A stretch of 64,000 nt of DNA from an uncultured Rickettsiales bacterium (GCA_964574415.1 CAZNNM010000005.1:130132-194131), one strand, 5' to 3'. Positions 48,995 through 58,836 are shown, numbered from the stretch's first letter. The notes: generated by a model not told the origin, from the sequence alone. Numbers and translations are program-made.

Positions 48995-50311
48995 CTACGG
49001 CAACAACGGCGACCAAGCAGGATCGGATGCCTCCAGTGGGGTCACCACTTCGCGCTCGTTATATCCTGTTAAGTCCACCGAGAAAATCTTATACGCACCT
49101 TGTGTACCGCGGCCACCTTGGAATTGGCGTGTGAACATGATCACGCGGCCGTTTGGCGACCAGGTTGGCGCTTCATCCATATAGCTGGTGGTCAAAATCC
49201 GCTCACCGCTACCATCCGGGCGCATCACACCAATATGGAACTGGCCTTTCAGCATTTTGGTAAACGCAATCAAATCCCCACGTGGCGACCATACCGGCGT
49301 ACCATAACGCCCTTCGCCAAAACTGATACGCGCTTGGTTGCTACCATCGGCATTCATCGTATAAAGCTGCTGCGCACCTGCACGGTCAGAGTTGAAGACG
49401 ATGCGTTGACCATCAGGCGAGAAAGATGGCGATGTATCAATCGCTGGGTTATTGGTCAATTGGCGTTGTGAGCGGCTGCGCAGATCCATAGTATAGATTT
49501 CCGTATTACCATTACTGGCCACCGACATCGCCACTTTGCTACCATCATGCGAGAAGCGCGGCGCGAAGCTCATGCCTTGGAAATTACCAATCACACGGTC
49601 AGCACCAGTTTCGATATTACGCAAATGGACGCTTGGTACTTTATCGCGGAAGGAGAGGTAAATAATATCTTGGCTGGTTGGAGAGAAACGTGGGCTTAAC
49701 ACCAACGCCGAACCATCCGTGAGGAATTTATGATTAGCACCATCCTGATCCATAATCGCTAAACGGCGCACACGGTTTTTACCCACACCACTTTCTGCCA
49801 CATAGACAACACGCGTATCAAAATACCCGCTCTCACCGGTCAAACGGGTATAAATCGCATCCGCAATTTTATGCGCAATACGGCGCCAACCGCTGGTACT
49901 GCTGTTAAAGATCGAACCCGCCACTTGCTGCTCCAAATACACATCCCACAGGCGGAACGTCACTTTCAGCTGATTGCCTTGCTGCTCAATCATCCCAGTC
50001 ACCAAACCAGACGCATTAATCTGCCGCCAGCTGGCAAATTGTGGAGTAGCATTGCCTGACGTAATATTCTCAATAAACGCACTCTTATTGATCGGGCGGA
50101 ACAGACCTGAACGCTCCAAATCTCCCTCAATCACACGGGTGATATTCTGCGCAATTTGTGGATCGCCACCTTGGCTACTAAAATCCACAATCGCAATCGG
50201 CATAGGGTTGGCGTTACCTTGGGTAACGTCGATTTTTAATACCGCAAATGCTGGCTGGGAAAAAGCCACCACACCAAGCATACACACCATTAAACGTAGT
50301 AATTTCATCAT
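48995..50311 (-). CDS. tolB: Tol-Pal system beta-propeller protein TolB
   Basis: Signal peptide, then an N-terminal domain and repeated SPxFSPDG / PxWSP propeller blades. Confidence 0.92.
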   Translation of the reverse strand: MMKLLRLMVCMLGVVAFSQPAFAVLKIDVTQGNANPMPIAIVDFSSQGGDPQIAQNITRVIEGDLERSGLFRPINKSAFIENITSGNATPQFASWRQINASGLVTGMIEQQGNQLKVTFRLWDVYLEQQVAGSIFNSSTSGWRRIAHKIADAIYTRLTGESGYFDTRVVYVAESGVGKNRVRRLAIMDQDGANHKFLTDGSALVLSPRFSPTSQDIIYLSFRDKVPSVHLRNIETGADRVIGNFQGMSFAPRFSHDGSKVAMSVASNGNTEIYTMDLRSRSQRQLTNNPAIDTSPSFSPDGQRIVFNSDRAGAQQLYTMNADGSNQARISFGEGRYGTPVWSPRGDLIAFTKMLKGQFHIGVMRPDGSGERILTTSYMDEAPTWSPNGRVIMFTRQFQGGRGTQGAYKIFSVDLTGYNEREVVTPLEASDPAWSPLLP

Positions 50312-50383
50312 ATCTTCCTTTAATATTTTCGTTTATCCACCGTATAATTTCATCATACGGGAATAAAAAATATAAAAACTATA

Positions 50384-50794
50384 CTAATTTAATTCTTTTA
50401 CCATAAACGTAATCTCCATTTCCTGCCAACTACTGTATTTTTCTACTGGCGGCCTACGCTTTAGAGGACTACATATTTTAAAAACCCGCAACACACTATC
50501 AGCAAATGCCTTATAGCATGAGCTATTTTGATAGTGCAGGTTGTCATGCAGTTTGGCGCTAATAACATGACCCGTTTTTTCAAGTTGTATCGTTACTGTT
50601 GCTGAAAGCCCTTCCAAAATTGCACATTTATTTCTAGGCGGCGTCCAACAAATAAAGAACTCTTGTCGGACAGCTTCCGCTTCACTAACTGTCAATGGTA
50701 CAACCGATTTTTGAGCTGCCCCTACCTCTGCAAACGCCACTTGCGAAAGCATTACCCCAAACACATACATTACTACTTGTAATAGCTTAACCAT
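50384..50794 (-). CDS. secreted stand-alone paralog of the TolA C-terminal domain
   Basis: Signal peptide MVKLLQVVMYVFGVMLSQVAFA with an AAGGAAAAG Shine-Dalgarno. ...FFICWTPP...VTIQLEKTGHVISAKL...YKAFADSVLRVFKICSPLKRRPPVEKYSSWQEMEITF aligns with the TolA C-terminus encoded at 50984-51270. Confidence 0.65.
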   Translation of the reverse strand: MVKLLQVVMYVFGVMLSQVAFAEVGAAQKSVVPLTVSEAEAVRQEFFICWTPPRNKCAILEGLSATVTIQLEKTGHVISAKLHDNLHYQNSSCYKAFADSVLRVFKICSPLKRRPPVEKYSSWQEMEITFMVKELN

Positions 50795-50983
50795 CTTTTC
50801 CTTTTTTGTGCATACTATTCCCGCAGAAACAGCAGCCCCAAATATCTTAGTGAACCCAAGGAGCGCCATATTTTTGCTTATTTACGCCCCCACCTCTGCT
50901 GGGATAACAATCTTTATTTGGCACTGTTAACTTATATATCACTATTCTACACATTATCTCAATGAATAAAAAAGCTTATAAAA

Positions 50984-51919
50984 CTATAGCTCCGGCCTAA
51001 AATCTATCTGAATTTCATGCCAGCCATTTGCACCTTCATATTTTTCTGGAGGCGGCAAATATTTAAGTGGGCTACAGACTTTCACTGCACGTAATGCGCT
51101 AGCAACAAATGCCGCATAGAATGGATCATTCCCAAAACTCGCCACAGGAGCCGCCCTAACATTAATGACATCACCCTGTTTTGTCAGCTGCACCGTAATA
51201 GGGACATACATCTGGCTCACATCACGCCCACCCGCATTATACGACCAACAACTCTTAAATTGACCTGCAATCGCATCTTTCTCCGTTGTACTCAGCGGAA
51301 TACCCGCATCATAATTTTGATCCGATTTATTGCTTTGAACAGCTTGATTCTTGTCCTCTAGCTTTTCTTCTTTAGCCTGCTGTTCTGCTTTTTCACTAAG
51401 ATCGCGCTCTAACGCTTCCCAGGCATCCTCAGCAGAGGCATCCTTTTTTGGCTCAGGCTTCTTAGGCTCTACCTTTTTAGGCTCTGGTTTTGGAGGTTGA
51501 GGCTTAGGCGGTTCAGGCTTCTTAGGTTCCGGCTTAGGCTCCTCTTTTTTCGGCTCTGGCTTTTTCTCTTCTACTTTCTCTACCACATCTTCTTTTGGCT
51601 TCGGAGGAGGCGGAGGCGGAGTTTCGTCTTTTATTTCGGGTTTTTTAGGCTCCGGTTTTGGAGGTTGAGGTTTAGGAGGCTCTGGTTTCTTTGGTTCAGG
51701 CTTTTTAGGTTCTGGTTTCTGAGGTGCAGGCTTAGGTGTAGGCTTCTGGGTCACAGTCGCAGGCTTAACATTTGTAACCGATGATACCGGCAACAACTCC
51801 ACCGTCACAATATTCTCCGGCGGTAATTCCTCAAAGAAGGATGGTATGCCGAAATAGCTTATGATAAGCACGGCTAAATGCAGGAGCACTGAATAAATAA
51901 TGCCGCGCTTTAAGGTCAC
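50984..51919 (-). CDS. tolA: Tol-Pal system protein TolA
   Basis: N-terminal TM segment, long Pro/Lys/Glu-rich domain II (KPEPKKPEPPKPQPPKPEPKK occurs twice), C-terminal TolA domain III. Lies downstream of tolQR. Confidence 0.8.
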   Translation of the reverse strand: MTLKRGIIYSVLLHLAVLIISYFGIPSFFEELPPENIVTVELLPVSSVTNVKPATVTQKPTPKPAPQKPEPKKPEPKKPEPPKPQPPKPEPKKPEIKDETPPPPPPKPKEDVVEKVEEKKPEPKKEEPKPEPKKPEPPKPQPPKPEPKKVEPKKPEPKKDASAEDAWEALERDLSEKAEQQAKEEKLEDKNQAVQSNKSDQNYDAGIPLSTTEKDAIAGQFKSCWSYNAGGRDVSQMYVPITVQLTKQGDVINVRAAPVASFGNDPFYAAFVASALRAVKVCSPLKYLPPPEKYEGANGWHEIQIDFRPEL

Positions 51920-52362
51920 TTGCGTGGACCTCCGGTGCCGTCAGTAATAAGAGCTACTTTAGTAAAGCCAGCAGCATTAATCGCAGCCACCACATTCATC
52001 ACGGCACCATAATCTACATTCTTATCGCCACGAATCAGAATACGTGTATCCGGCTTTTCGCCAATAATCGCCTGTAACTTAGCAGGCAAGTCTACCACGC
52101 GGATTTGGGTGGTTTGCAGATACACACTTCCATCGGATTTCACACTCACCGAAAGCGGCTCTTCCTGATTCGGCACAGGGTTGGCCGAAGTTTCCGGCAA
52201 ATCCACATTCACTCCCGTCACCATCATTGGAGATGCCACCATGAAGATGATCAGCAATACAAGCATCACGTCCACCATTGGCGTAACGTTAATCTCGCTA
52301 TTCAGCGCATGGCGCTTCTGACGGCCGCCATTGCGTGAGGATGGAGCTAGTTTTGCACCCAT
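51916..52362 (-). CDS. tolR: Tol-Pal system protein TolR (ExbD family)
   Basis: SEINVTPMVDVMLVLLIIFMV ... ILIRGDKNVDYGAVMNVVAAINAAGF. Confidence 0.88.
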   Translation of the reverse strand: MGAKLAPSSRNGGRQKRHALNSEINVTPMVDVMLVLLIIFMVASPMMVTGVNVDLPETSANPVPNQEEPLSVSVKSDGSVYLQTTQIRVVDLPAKLQAIIGEKPDTRILIRGDKNVDYGAVMNVVAAINAAGFTKVALITDGTGGPRK

Positions 52363-52379
52363 ACTTATATCCTTTACTC

Positions 52380-52477
52380 CGTCATCGCGAGCGTAGCGTG
52401 GCGATCCAGGGGTAACAGTCTCTGTCTTTCAAAGCTGCCCTGGATTGCCACGGCCATTTTATGGCCTCGCAATGACA
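52380..52477. repeat. MITE-like nested-hairpin repeat inside the tolQ-tolR intercistronic spacer
   Basis: cgtcatcgcgagcgtagcgtggcgatccagg ... ccctggattgccacggccattttatggcctcgcaatgac. It occupies 98 of the 127 nt between tolQ and tolR. Confidence 0.9.
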
Positions 52478-52489
52478 TAGGTTTAAACA

Positions 52490-53287
52490 TTAGAACACCT
52501 TACGTTGCTGTTGACGTTGTGGCTGCGCTTGTTGCACACTTGAACCATCGAGTTCGCGGGAAATCAGCGCATCAAGCTCGGTAGAGAAATCATCCACACG
52601 AGTAGTAAAGCGGTTCACATCGGAAGAGAACATGTTATAGAAAATCATCGCAGGAATCGCTGCAAACAGACCGATCGCGGTTGCAAATAGCGCTTCGGCA
52701 ATACCAGGAGCTACAACAGCCAATGTGGTGTTTTTGGATAAAGCGATCGACTGGAAGCTGTTCATAATTCCCCACACCGTACCAAACAGCCCAACGAAAG
52801 GCGCAGATGAACCCACCGTCGCCAAGAAGGAGAGATTCTTCTCCATCCCATCCACCGCACGGTTACGCGCTACTTGCATGGTTTGGAAGATACGGTCACG
52901 GATACCAGCACGCAAATGGCTATCCGCCGGCACGAACTCATCCGCACCACGGCGTGTCCATTCTTTCATCGCAGCCACAAACACCATCGCCATCGGATGA
53001 TCCGCACGGTTGCGGATGCGCTCATAGAGTTCTTCAAGCAGACGGCCAGACCAGAAGGTTTTCTCAAACCGGTCGCTGCGGTAACGGATACTACGGAAAA
53101 GGCGGATTTTATCAAAAATAATTGCCCAGGAAATCACCGAGGCCAGCAATAATAAGAGCATCACGACCTTGACCACAATATCAGCTTGCGCAAACAGGCC
53201 GAACATGGATAAATCATGGCTGGCGACACTACCGGCAAGAGCTGTCGCATCAACGGCGGTGGTAGGGGCACTGGTAGCAGCAGTCAT
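52490..53287 (-). CDS. tolQ: Tol-Pal system protein TolQ (MotA/ExbB family)
   Basis: ADIVVKVVMLLLLLASVISWAIIFDK ... GSSAPFVGLFGTVWGIMNSF ... VAPGIAEALFATAIGL. Confidence 0.9.
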   Translation of the reverse strand: MTAATSAPTTAVDATALAGSVASHDLSMFGLFAQADIVVKVVMLLLLLASVISWAIIFDKIRLFRSIRYRSDRFEKTFWSGRLLEELYERIRNRADHPMAMVFVAAMKEWTRRGADEFVPADSHLRAGIRDRIFQTMQVARNRAVDGMEKNLSFLATVGSSAPFVGLFGTVWGIMNSFQSIALSKNTTLAVVAPGIAEALFATAIGLFAAIPAMIFYNMFSSDVNRFTTRVDDFSTELDALISRELDGSSVQQAQPQRQQQRKVF

Positions 53288-53373
53288 ACGAACATACCTT
53301 TATAATGTGTATTGAATAATAGCCGTGATTATTCTAGCATTAAGGAAAAAGTCAACAGGTTACATACATATCT

Positions 53374-54087
53374 ATGAAAAAAGTTGTTATCGGCATCACC
53401 CTCGATTTTGAAACCAAGCCAGGTTATTCGGTTTACCCATGGTATGCCTTACGGGAAAATTACAGTAAAGCCATCAGCCATCAAAATGCTATACCCTTGT
53501 TATTGCCGCATGAAGAAGCTTGCGCGGAGGATTATGCCGATATGATCGACGGGCTGGTGCTGACCGGTGGCGATTTTGATATCGACCCCAGCCTCTATGG
53601 CGCCGCCTTCAAACATGAAAAAGTAACGACAAAACATACACGTACCCAGTTTGAGATAGCCCTTACCAAGGCGATGTTAAAGCGCAATAAGCCGATTCTA
53701 GGCATTTGCGCGGGTGAGCAATTGCTCAATGTATTACTCGGCGGCACACTGATTCAGCATATCCCCGATTCCTACCCTAACTGCCTGGAACACGAACAGA
53801 AAAACCCACGCCATGAGCCGGGGCATAGCATCACAGTAGAGCAAAACACCTTGCTGCACCGTATCGTCGGCACGCAAAACATGGATGTAAACAGCTCCCA
53901 CCACCAAGCAGTGGCAACCGTTGGGCCGGATGTGGTGATCAATGCCGTAGCACCTGATGGCGTGATTGAGGGAATTGAGTATACTAAACACCCATTCTGC
54001 CTGGGCGTAGAATGGCACCCTGAATATGAAAGCAGCGAGCAAGACCGGGCCATTTTCCGCGCACTCGTAGAAGCAGCGAGGGCATAA
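53374..54087 (+). CDS. class I glutamine amidotransferase, peptidase C26 (PuuD-like gamma-glutamyl hydrolase) family
   Basis: PILGICAGEQLLNVLLGG, NSSHHQAV and GVEWHPE. Confidence 0.8.
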   Translation: MKKVVIGITLDFETKPGYSVYPWYALRENYSKAISHQNAIPLLLPHEEACAEDYADMIDGLVLTGGDFDIDPSLYGAAFKHEKVTTKHTRTQFEIALTKAMLKRNKPILGICAGEQLLNVLLGGTLIQHIPDSYPNCLEHEQKNPRHEPGHSITVEQNTLLHRIVGTQNMDVNSSHHQAVATVGPDVVINAVAPDGVIEGIEYTKHPFCLGVEWHPEYESSEQDRAIFRALVEAARA

Positions 54088-54809
54088 TGGAAGAACGTAT
54101 TGCCAAACGCATGGCCCGCGCGGGCGTGTGTTCCCGTCGGGAAGCTGAACGGATGATCGAACAACGCCGCGTTGTCGTAAACGGTGAAGTGCTGACTACG
54201 CCTGCCTTTACCGTCAAACCCGATGATATTATCAAAGTCGATGGTGAAGTTTTACCGGTGATTGAAGACACTCGCCTCTGGCTGTTCCATAAGCCCGCTG
54301 GCGTAATCACCAGCCATAATGATCCGCAAGGCCGTAAATCGGTGTTTGAGATTCTACCTAAACACCTGCCACGGGTAATTTCGGTGGGGCGGCTGGATAT
54401 GAATACCGAAGGGCTGTTATTGCTCACCAATGATGGCGCGCTAGCCCGTTACCTGGAACTGCCCTCCACCGGCTGGATCCGCCGTTACCGCGTGCGCGTC
54501 TATGGCAGGGTAGAGAAGAAAAAACTGGCAGAACTGGCCGAAGGCGTGGTGGTTGACCGCGTGGCTTATGGGTCTATCGAAGTAACGCTCGATAGCCAAC
54601 AAGGCAGCAATAGCTGGCTCACCGTCAGCATCCGCGAGGGCAAGAACCGGGAGATTCGTAAGGTGATGGAACATATCGGCCTGCAAGTAAACCGGCTGAT
54701 GCGGGTATCTTATGGCCCGTTCCAGCTTGGCGCGATTGCGTCTGGCGAGGTGAAAGAAGTGCCAGGAAAAGTATTACGTGAACAAATTGGAAATTGGGAG
54801 AAAAGCTAG
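54087..54809 (+). CDS. rluB: RsuA/RluB-family rRNA pseudouridine synthase with S4 domain
   Basis: RIAKRMARAGVCSRREAERMIEQRRVVVNG (S4 domain) and catalytic GRLDMNTEGLLLLTNDG. Confidence 0.8.
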   Translation: MEERIAKRMARAGVCSRREAERMIEQRRVVVNGEVLTTPAFTVKPDDIIKVDGEVLPVIEDTRLWLFHKPAGVITSHNDPQGRKSVFEILPKHLPRVISVGRLDMNTEGLLLLTNDGALARYLELPSTGWIRRYRVRVYGRVEKKKLAELAEGVVVDRVAYGSIEVTLDSQQGSNSWLTVSIREGKNREIRKVMEHIGLQVNRLMRVSYGPFQLGAIASGEVKEVPGKVLREQIGNWEKS

Positions 54810-55376
54810 GTGTTACGCATTATCACAGGAAAACATCGTGGACGTAAATTAGAAGTCATCGAAAGCAAAACCATGCGCCCTACCGCCGATCGCACGCGCG
54901 AAGCGGTGTTTAATATTCTGACCCATTCTTACACCAAAGAATCCGGCGAAAGCATCTTAGAAGGCGCTGTCGTGCTAGACCTCTTCTGCGGCAGCGGCGC
55001 ACTGGCCTTTGAAGCACTCTCACGCGGGGCTGAAAAAGCGGTGCTTATCGATATTGAAGCAGCCCATCTAGCGGTTGCCCGTTCCAATGCAGAGCATCTG
55101 GGCGAAGCGGCAAACGTCACCTGCTTACGCGCCGATTCCTCTAACCCGCCCCCGGCTAAATTCCCTTGCTCACTGGTCTTCTTAGACCCACCTTACCGCA
55201 GCGGCCTAGCCCTCAATGCCCTCAAACACCTTAAAACCGGAGGCTGGTTACAAGATGACTCCCTCATCATCGTCGAAGTAGACCGCCGCGAAGACCTCTT
55301 CGAACCCGCTGACTATGAGCGGTTAGATGAGCGGATTTATGGGAATACGAAGATTATTGTGCTGGGTGTGAAATAG
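54810..55376 (+). CDS. rsmD: 16S rRNA (guanine966-N2)-methyltransferase
   Basis: GTG start. LRIITGKHRGRKL...RPTADRTREAVFNIL...VLDLFCGSGALAFEALSRGA...FLDPPY. Confidence 0.85.
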   Translation: MLRIITGKHRGRKLEVIESKTMRPTADRTREAVFNILTHSYTKESGESILEGAVVLDLFCGSGALAFEALSRGAEKAVLIDIEAAHLAVARSNAEHLGEAANVTCLRADSSNPPPAKFPCSLVFLDPPYRSGLALNALKHLKTGGWLQDDSLIIVEVDRREDLFEPADYERLDERIYGNTKIIVLGVK

Positions 55377-55432
55377 TCTTTGCTATTTCTTATTGTGACA
55401 TAACCCGTTATTCATCAAAAATGACGCTCTCA

Positions 55433-55537
55433 TATCATTCTTGGACGTGATCGGCATTATTGTTTCGTCATTCCAGCGGAGGCTGGAATGACGTTTTTTA
55501 GAGCCATGAACAACACCGACGTGATCGGTGAATGACA
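55433..55537. repeat. several hairpin units of the intergenic repeat family
   Basis: atcattcttggacgtgatcggcatt, cgtcattccagcggaggctggaatgacg (55466-55493) and caccgacgtgatcggtgaatgaca. Confidence 0.8.
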
Positions 55538-55563
55538 GAGCAAGCGTCACGCCCCACTCTCCC

Positions 55564-57411
55564 TTATTGCCCCCGCACAAACTCATAAATCCCCTGCGCT
55601 GTCGCACGGCTGATGCCTTCCACTTGCATCAACTCCTCCACTGTTGCCTGCTCAATCGCTTTAATCGATCCAAAATGCGTTAAGAGGGCCTTTTTGCGCT
55701 TATCTCCGATGCCAGGTATATCATTCAGCACCGAACGCGTCAGCGCGTTCTGGCGGCGGGTGCGGTGGCTTCCTATGGCAAAGCGGTGGGCTTCATCGCG
55801 TAGGCGTTGGAGGTAATAGAGAACGGGATCCTCTTTAGGCAGGCTAAACGGCTCACGCCCTGGCATGAAAAAGCGCTCGCGGCCGGCATTGCGGTCTTCA
55901 CCTTTGGCAATGCCAACATAAGTTACGCCAATCACACCCAACTCCTGGAATACTTTCTCCACCGCACTCAACTGCCCCGCCCCACCATCAATCAGCACAA
56001 GATCAGGCCAGCTATCGGTCTGGCGGGTAGGATCTTCACGCAACAGGCGCTCAAAGCGACGGGTAAAGACTTCACGCATCATCGCATAATCATCCCCCTG
56101 CCCCATCGCCTCACGTGCGATATTAAAGCGGCGATAGGCTTGCTTGCGGAACCCCTCCGGCCCTGCCACCACCATCACACCCACCTCATGCGTACCCATA
56201 ATATGGCTGTTATCGTAAATCTCGATACGATTCGGCGGCGTAGCCATGCCAAATAACTCCGCCACACCGTCTAACAACCGCGCTTGGCTTGCCTCTTCCG
56301 CGCGTTTACGCTGGAGGGCTTCTTTCGCGTTTTGGAGCACCATCTGCATTAACTCCGCCTTCTCACCACGCTTAGGCGCAGAGAAGGTGACTTTCGTCTT
56401 ATGCAGCACATACAGCGCCTCTTCGATTGCTTTGGTATCACCAAGATCATGGCTCAGTATAATCTGCTCAGGCGCTGGCGAGCGCTGGTAGAATTGGCCG
56501 AGGAAGGATTCCAGAATTTCTTCAGGCGTGCTATCATCGGTATGCAATGGAAAATATGCCCGATTGCCAAAATTCTGCCCGCCACGGAAGAAGAACACCT
56601 GCACACAGCATAAGCCATTTTCCACATAGACCCCAATCATATCCGCATCTGCCACCGCAGAAAGATGCACACGTTGCCGCGCCTGGATTTGCGTCAGCGC
56701 ACGAATACGATCCCGCAACATAGCCGCCTTCTCATATTCCATCGCTATACTTGCCTGCTCCATCTCTTTAGCGAGCTTCTCTTGCACTTTACGGCTCTTG
56801 CCCTGCAAGAATTCCCTAGCCTCGCTCACAAGCTCTGCATATTTCTCCGGCGAAATCTTTTCCACACAGGGCGCTGAACAACGCTTAATCTGATATTCCA
56901 AACACGGCCGTGTGCGCGCTGCGAAATAACTATCATTACACGGGCGCAGCAAAAAGATTTTCTGCAAATAGGCAATCGTCTCATTCACATCCCCTGCCGA
57001 CGCAAACGGGCCAAAATATTCGCCTTTCTCTTTGCGCTCTCCCCGATGTTTCGCTATTCGTGGATAGACCTGCCCAGACGAGAGAAAAATATAGGGAAAT
57101 GACTTATCATCTTTTAAAAGAATATTATAACGCGGCGAGTATTTCTTAATCAAACTGGCTTCGAGCAATAAAGCCTCTGCCTCATTCGTCGTCACTACAA
57201 AATCCATCGTTGCCGTGTGCGATACCATTTGCTGAATACGATAGATCATCCGCTCCGGCTGCGTATAGCTCATCACCCGCTTCGGCAGGTTCTTTGCCTT
57301 GCCCACATACAGCGTATTCCCCTTTGCATCCACCATGCGATAGACACCTGGCACAGGGGGTAATGTCTGGAGATAATGCTTGATAATATCTATGCCGTCG
57401 GCAAGCGTCAC
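55564..57411 (-). CDS. uvrC: excinuclease ABC subunit C
   Basis: GIY-YIG (PGVYRMVDAKGNTLYVGKAKNLPKRV), UVR domain, Endo V-like domain and C-terminal (HhH)2 IPGIGDKRKKALLTHFGS. Confidence 0.95.
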   Translation of the reverse strand: MTLADGIDIIKHYLQTLPPVPGVYRMVDAKGNTLYVGKAKNLPKRVMSYTQPERMIYRIQQMVSHTATMDFVVTTNEAEALLLEASLIKKYSPRYNILLKDDKSFPYIFLSSGQVYPRIAKHRGERKEKGEYFGPFASAGDVNETIAYLQKIFLLRPCNDSYFAARTRPCLEYQIKRCSAPCVEKISPEKYAELVSEAREFLQGKSRKVQEKLAKEMEQASIAMEYEKAAMLRDRIRALTQIQARQRVHLSAVADADMIGVYVENGLCCVQVFFFRGGQNFGNRAYFPLHTDDSTPEEILESFLGQFYQRSPAPEQIILSHDLGDTKAIEEALYVLHKTKVTFSAPKRGEKAELMQMVLQNAKEALQRKRAEEASQARLLDGVAELFGMATPPNRIEIYDNSHIMGTHEVGVMVVAGPEGFRKQAYRRFNIAREAMGQGDDYAMMREVFTRRFERLLREDPTRQTDSWPDLVLIDGGAGQLSAVEKVFQELGVIGVTYVGIAKGEDRNAGRERFFMPGREPFSLPKEDPVLYYLQRLRDEAHRFAIGSHRTRRQNALTRSVLNDIPGIGDKRKKALLTHFGSIKAIEQATVEELMQVEGISRATAQGIYEFVRGQ

Positions 57412-57508
57412 GTCAGGGTTCCTTTTCTTGTCTTTTATGGCGGATAATTCTACTCCCCTTACGCTCTTGCAGCAAGGTATAAACCATCATTTACAGTGCC
57501 TAACCAAT

Positions 57509-57543
57509 CTATCCACCGAAAATGTGGATAACTATGTGCATAA
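57509..57543. promoter_or_regulatory. cluster of DnaA-box-like 9-mers
   Basis: CTATCCACC (57509-57517, 2 mismatches), TGTGGATAA (57523-57531, perfect reverse complement of TTATCCACA), TGTGCATAA (57535-57543, 1 mismatch). A further TGTGTATAA lies at 57722-57730. Confidence 0.35.
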
Positions 57544-57863
57544 GGATGGGAATATGACATCGGCCAGTTGGAATTTAGAGATAATTACCGTTTTGCCTAA
57601 AAAATAGGCACATATATAATGCACTGATATATAGCAATAATTTTTGTTCTATCCCAGGTAGAATAAAAAAATCGTGGTATTTTGAGAGGTTATAAATAGC
57701 CGTAAAAATGACTTTGAACGCTGTGTATAAAATCTCATGAAATTGCAGTGATTTGAGATTTTCTTCTTACATATCCGGTAAAACTATACTACAGTTTACT
57801 GTATAGTATTATAGATGACTTATCGATTTTTTATATGAGTATCCCAGAAGGAGTATCCGGCCC

Positions 57864-58649
57864 ATGGCGTTCACATCCGTAGGTTGCATCTCAGATAACT
57901 CAAAGCGCGCCCGCATGGCGAGCGAGCGGCTGTTTGACCTCTATCCATTCCTCATCAATTTGGATGCCAATCCCGATATGCAAGTCGATGTGATCATCGC
58001 CCTGGGAGGGGATGGTTTCATGCTCCATACGCTGCATGATTATATGGCTCGCAATGTGCCGATCTATGGCATGAATTGCGGTACAGTCGGCTTCCTGATG
58101 AACCATTTCAGCGATCACCGCCTGATGGAGCGCTTAAACGATGCCAAAGTGGAAGTACTCCACCCATTACGTATGATTGCGACCGATACGATGGGCAAAG
58201 AACATAACGCACTTGCCATCAACGAAGTATCGCTACTCCGCGAAACCAACCAAGCCGCAGCCTTACGCGTGGCGATTAATGGGCGTACACAAATCAAGAA
58301 GCTGGTATGCGATGGTGTATTAGTAGCGACACCTGCGGGCAGCACCGCGTATAATCTCTCCGCCAATGGCCCGATTATCCCGCTCGGCTCGAATATTCTA
58401 GCCCTCACCCCCATCAGCCCCTTCCGCCCACGTCGCTGGCGTGGCGCGTTATTGCCGCATACGGCCGAAGTACAGTTTGAAATCAGCCACGCCACCAAAC
58501 GCCCTGTCAGCGCCGTGGCCGACTTCCACGAAGTGCGCGATGTCGCCCTCGTGACAATCCGCGAAGAACGCGATATCAGCTTGCAGCTTCTCTTTGACCC
58601 TGGCCATAGCCTGGAAGACCGCATTCTGCATGAACAGTTTGTGCCATAG
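57864..58649 (+). CDS. nadK: NAD kinase
   Basis: [14 protein letters not shown] and [18 protein letters not shown]. Confidence 0.9.
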   Translation: MAFTSVGCISDNSKRARMASERLFDLYPFLINLDANPDMQVDVIIALGGDGFMLHTLHDYMARNVPIYGMNCGTVGFLMNHFSDHRLMERLNDAKVEVLHPLRMIATDTMGKEHNALAINEVSLLRETNQAAALRVAINGRTQIKKLVCDGVLVATPAGSTAYNLSANGPIIPLGSNILALTPISPFRPRRWRGALLPHTAEVQFEISHATKRPVSAVADFHEVRDVALVTIREERDISLQLLFDPGHSLEDRILHEQFVP

Positions 58650-58729
58650 GAGATTATGGCCTCAGCCAATACGTTATTTGTCATAGGCCAACGTAATCAG
58701 GGTTGTTGCAAGGCTCTATAACTGATTGC

Positions 58730-58836
58730 TGTCATCACGGACTTGATCCGGGATCCACTGTTATGGTAGCGCCACTTATAAGAATTAAGCCTTTAGCGCC
58801 AGTCTAGGTGGATTCCGGATCAAGTCCGGAATGACA
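58730..58836. repeat. complete MITE-like unit (107 bp) with palindromic terminal inverted repeats of about 29 bp
   Basis: tgtcatcacggacttgatccgggatccac ... gtggattccggatcaagtccggaatgaca. Aligns with 47279-47403 and with the right end at 12003-12048. Confidence 0.9.

Noticed and set aside
51440-51760. Repetitive DNA inside tolA
   Set aside because: It encodes the Pro/Lys/Glu-rich domain II (KPEPKK-type periodicity). This is ordinary low-complexity coding sequence with an internal duplication, not a mobile or regulatory repeat.
57790-57810. Near-palindrome tacagtttactgta / TACTGTATAGTATT resembling half of an E. coli-type SOS box upstream of nadK
   Set aside because: Only one half-site matches CTGT-N8-ACAG. 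As I recall, alphaproteobacterial LexA recognises a different motif (GTTC-N7-GTTC direct repeats), which I did not find here.
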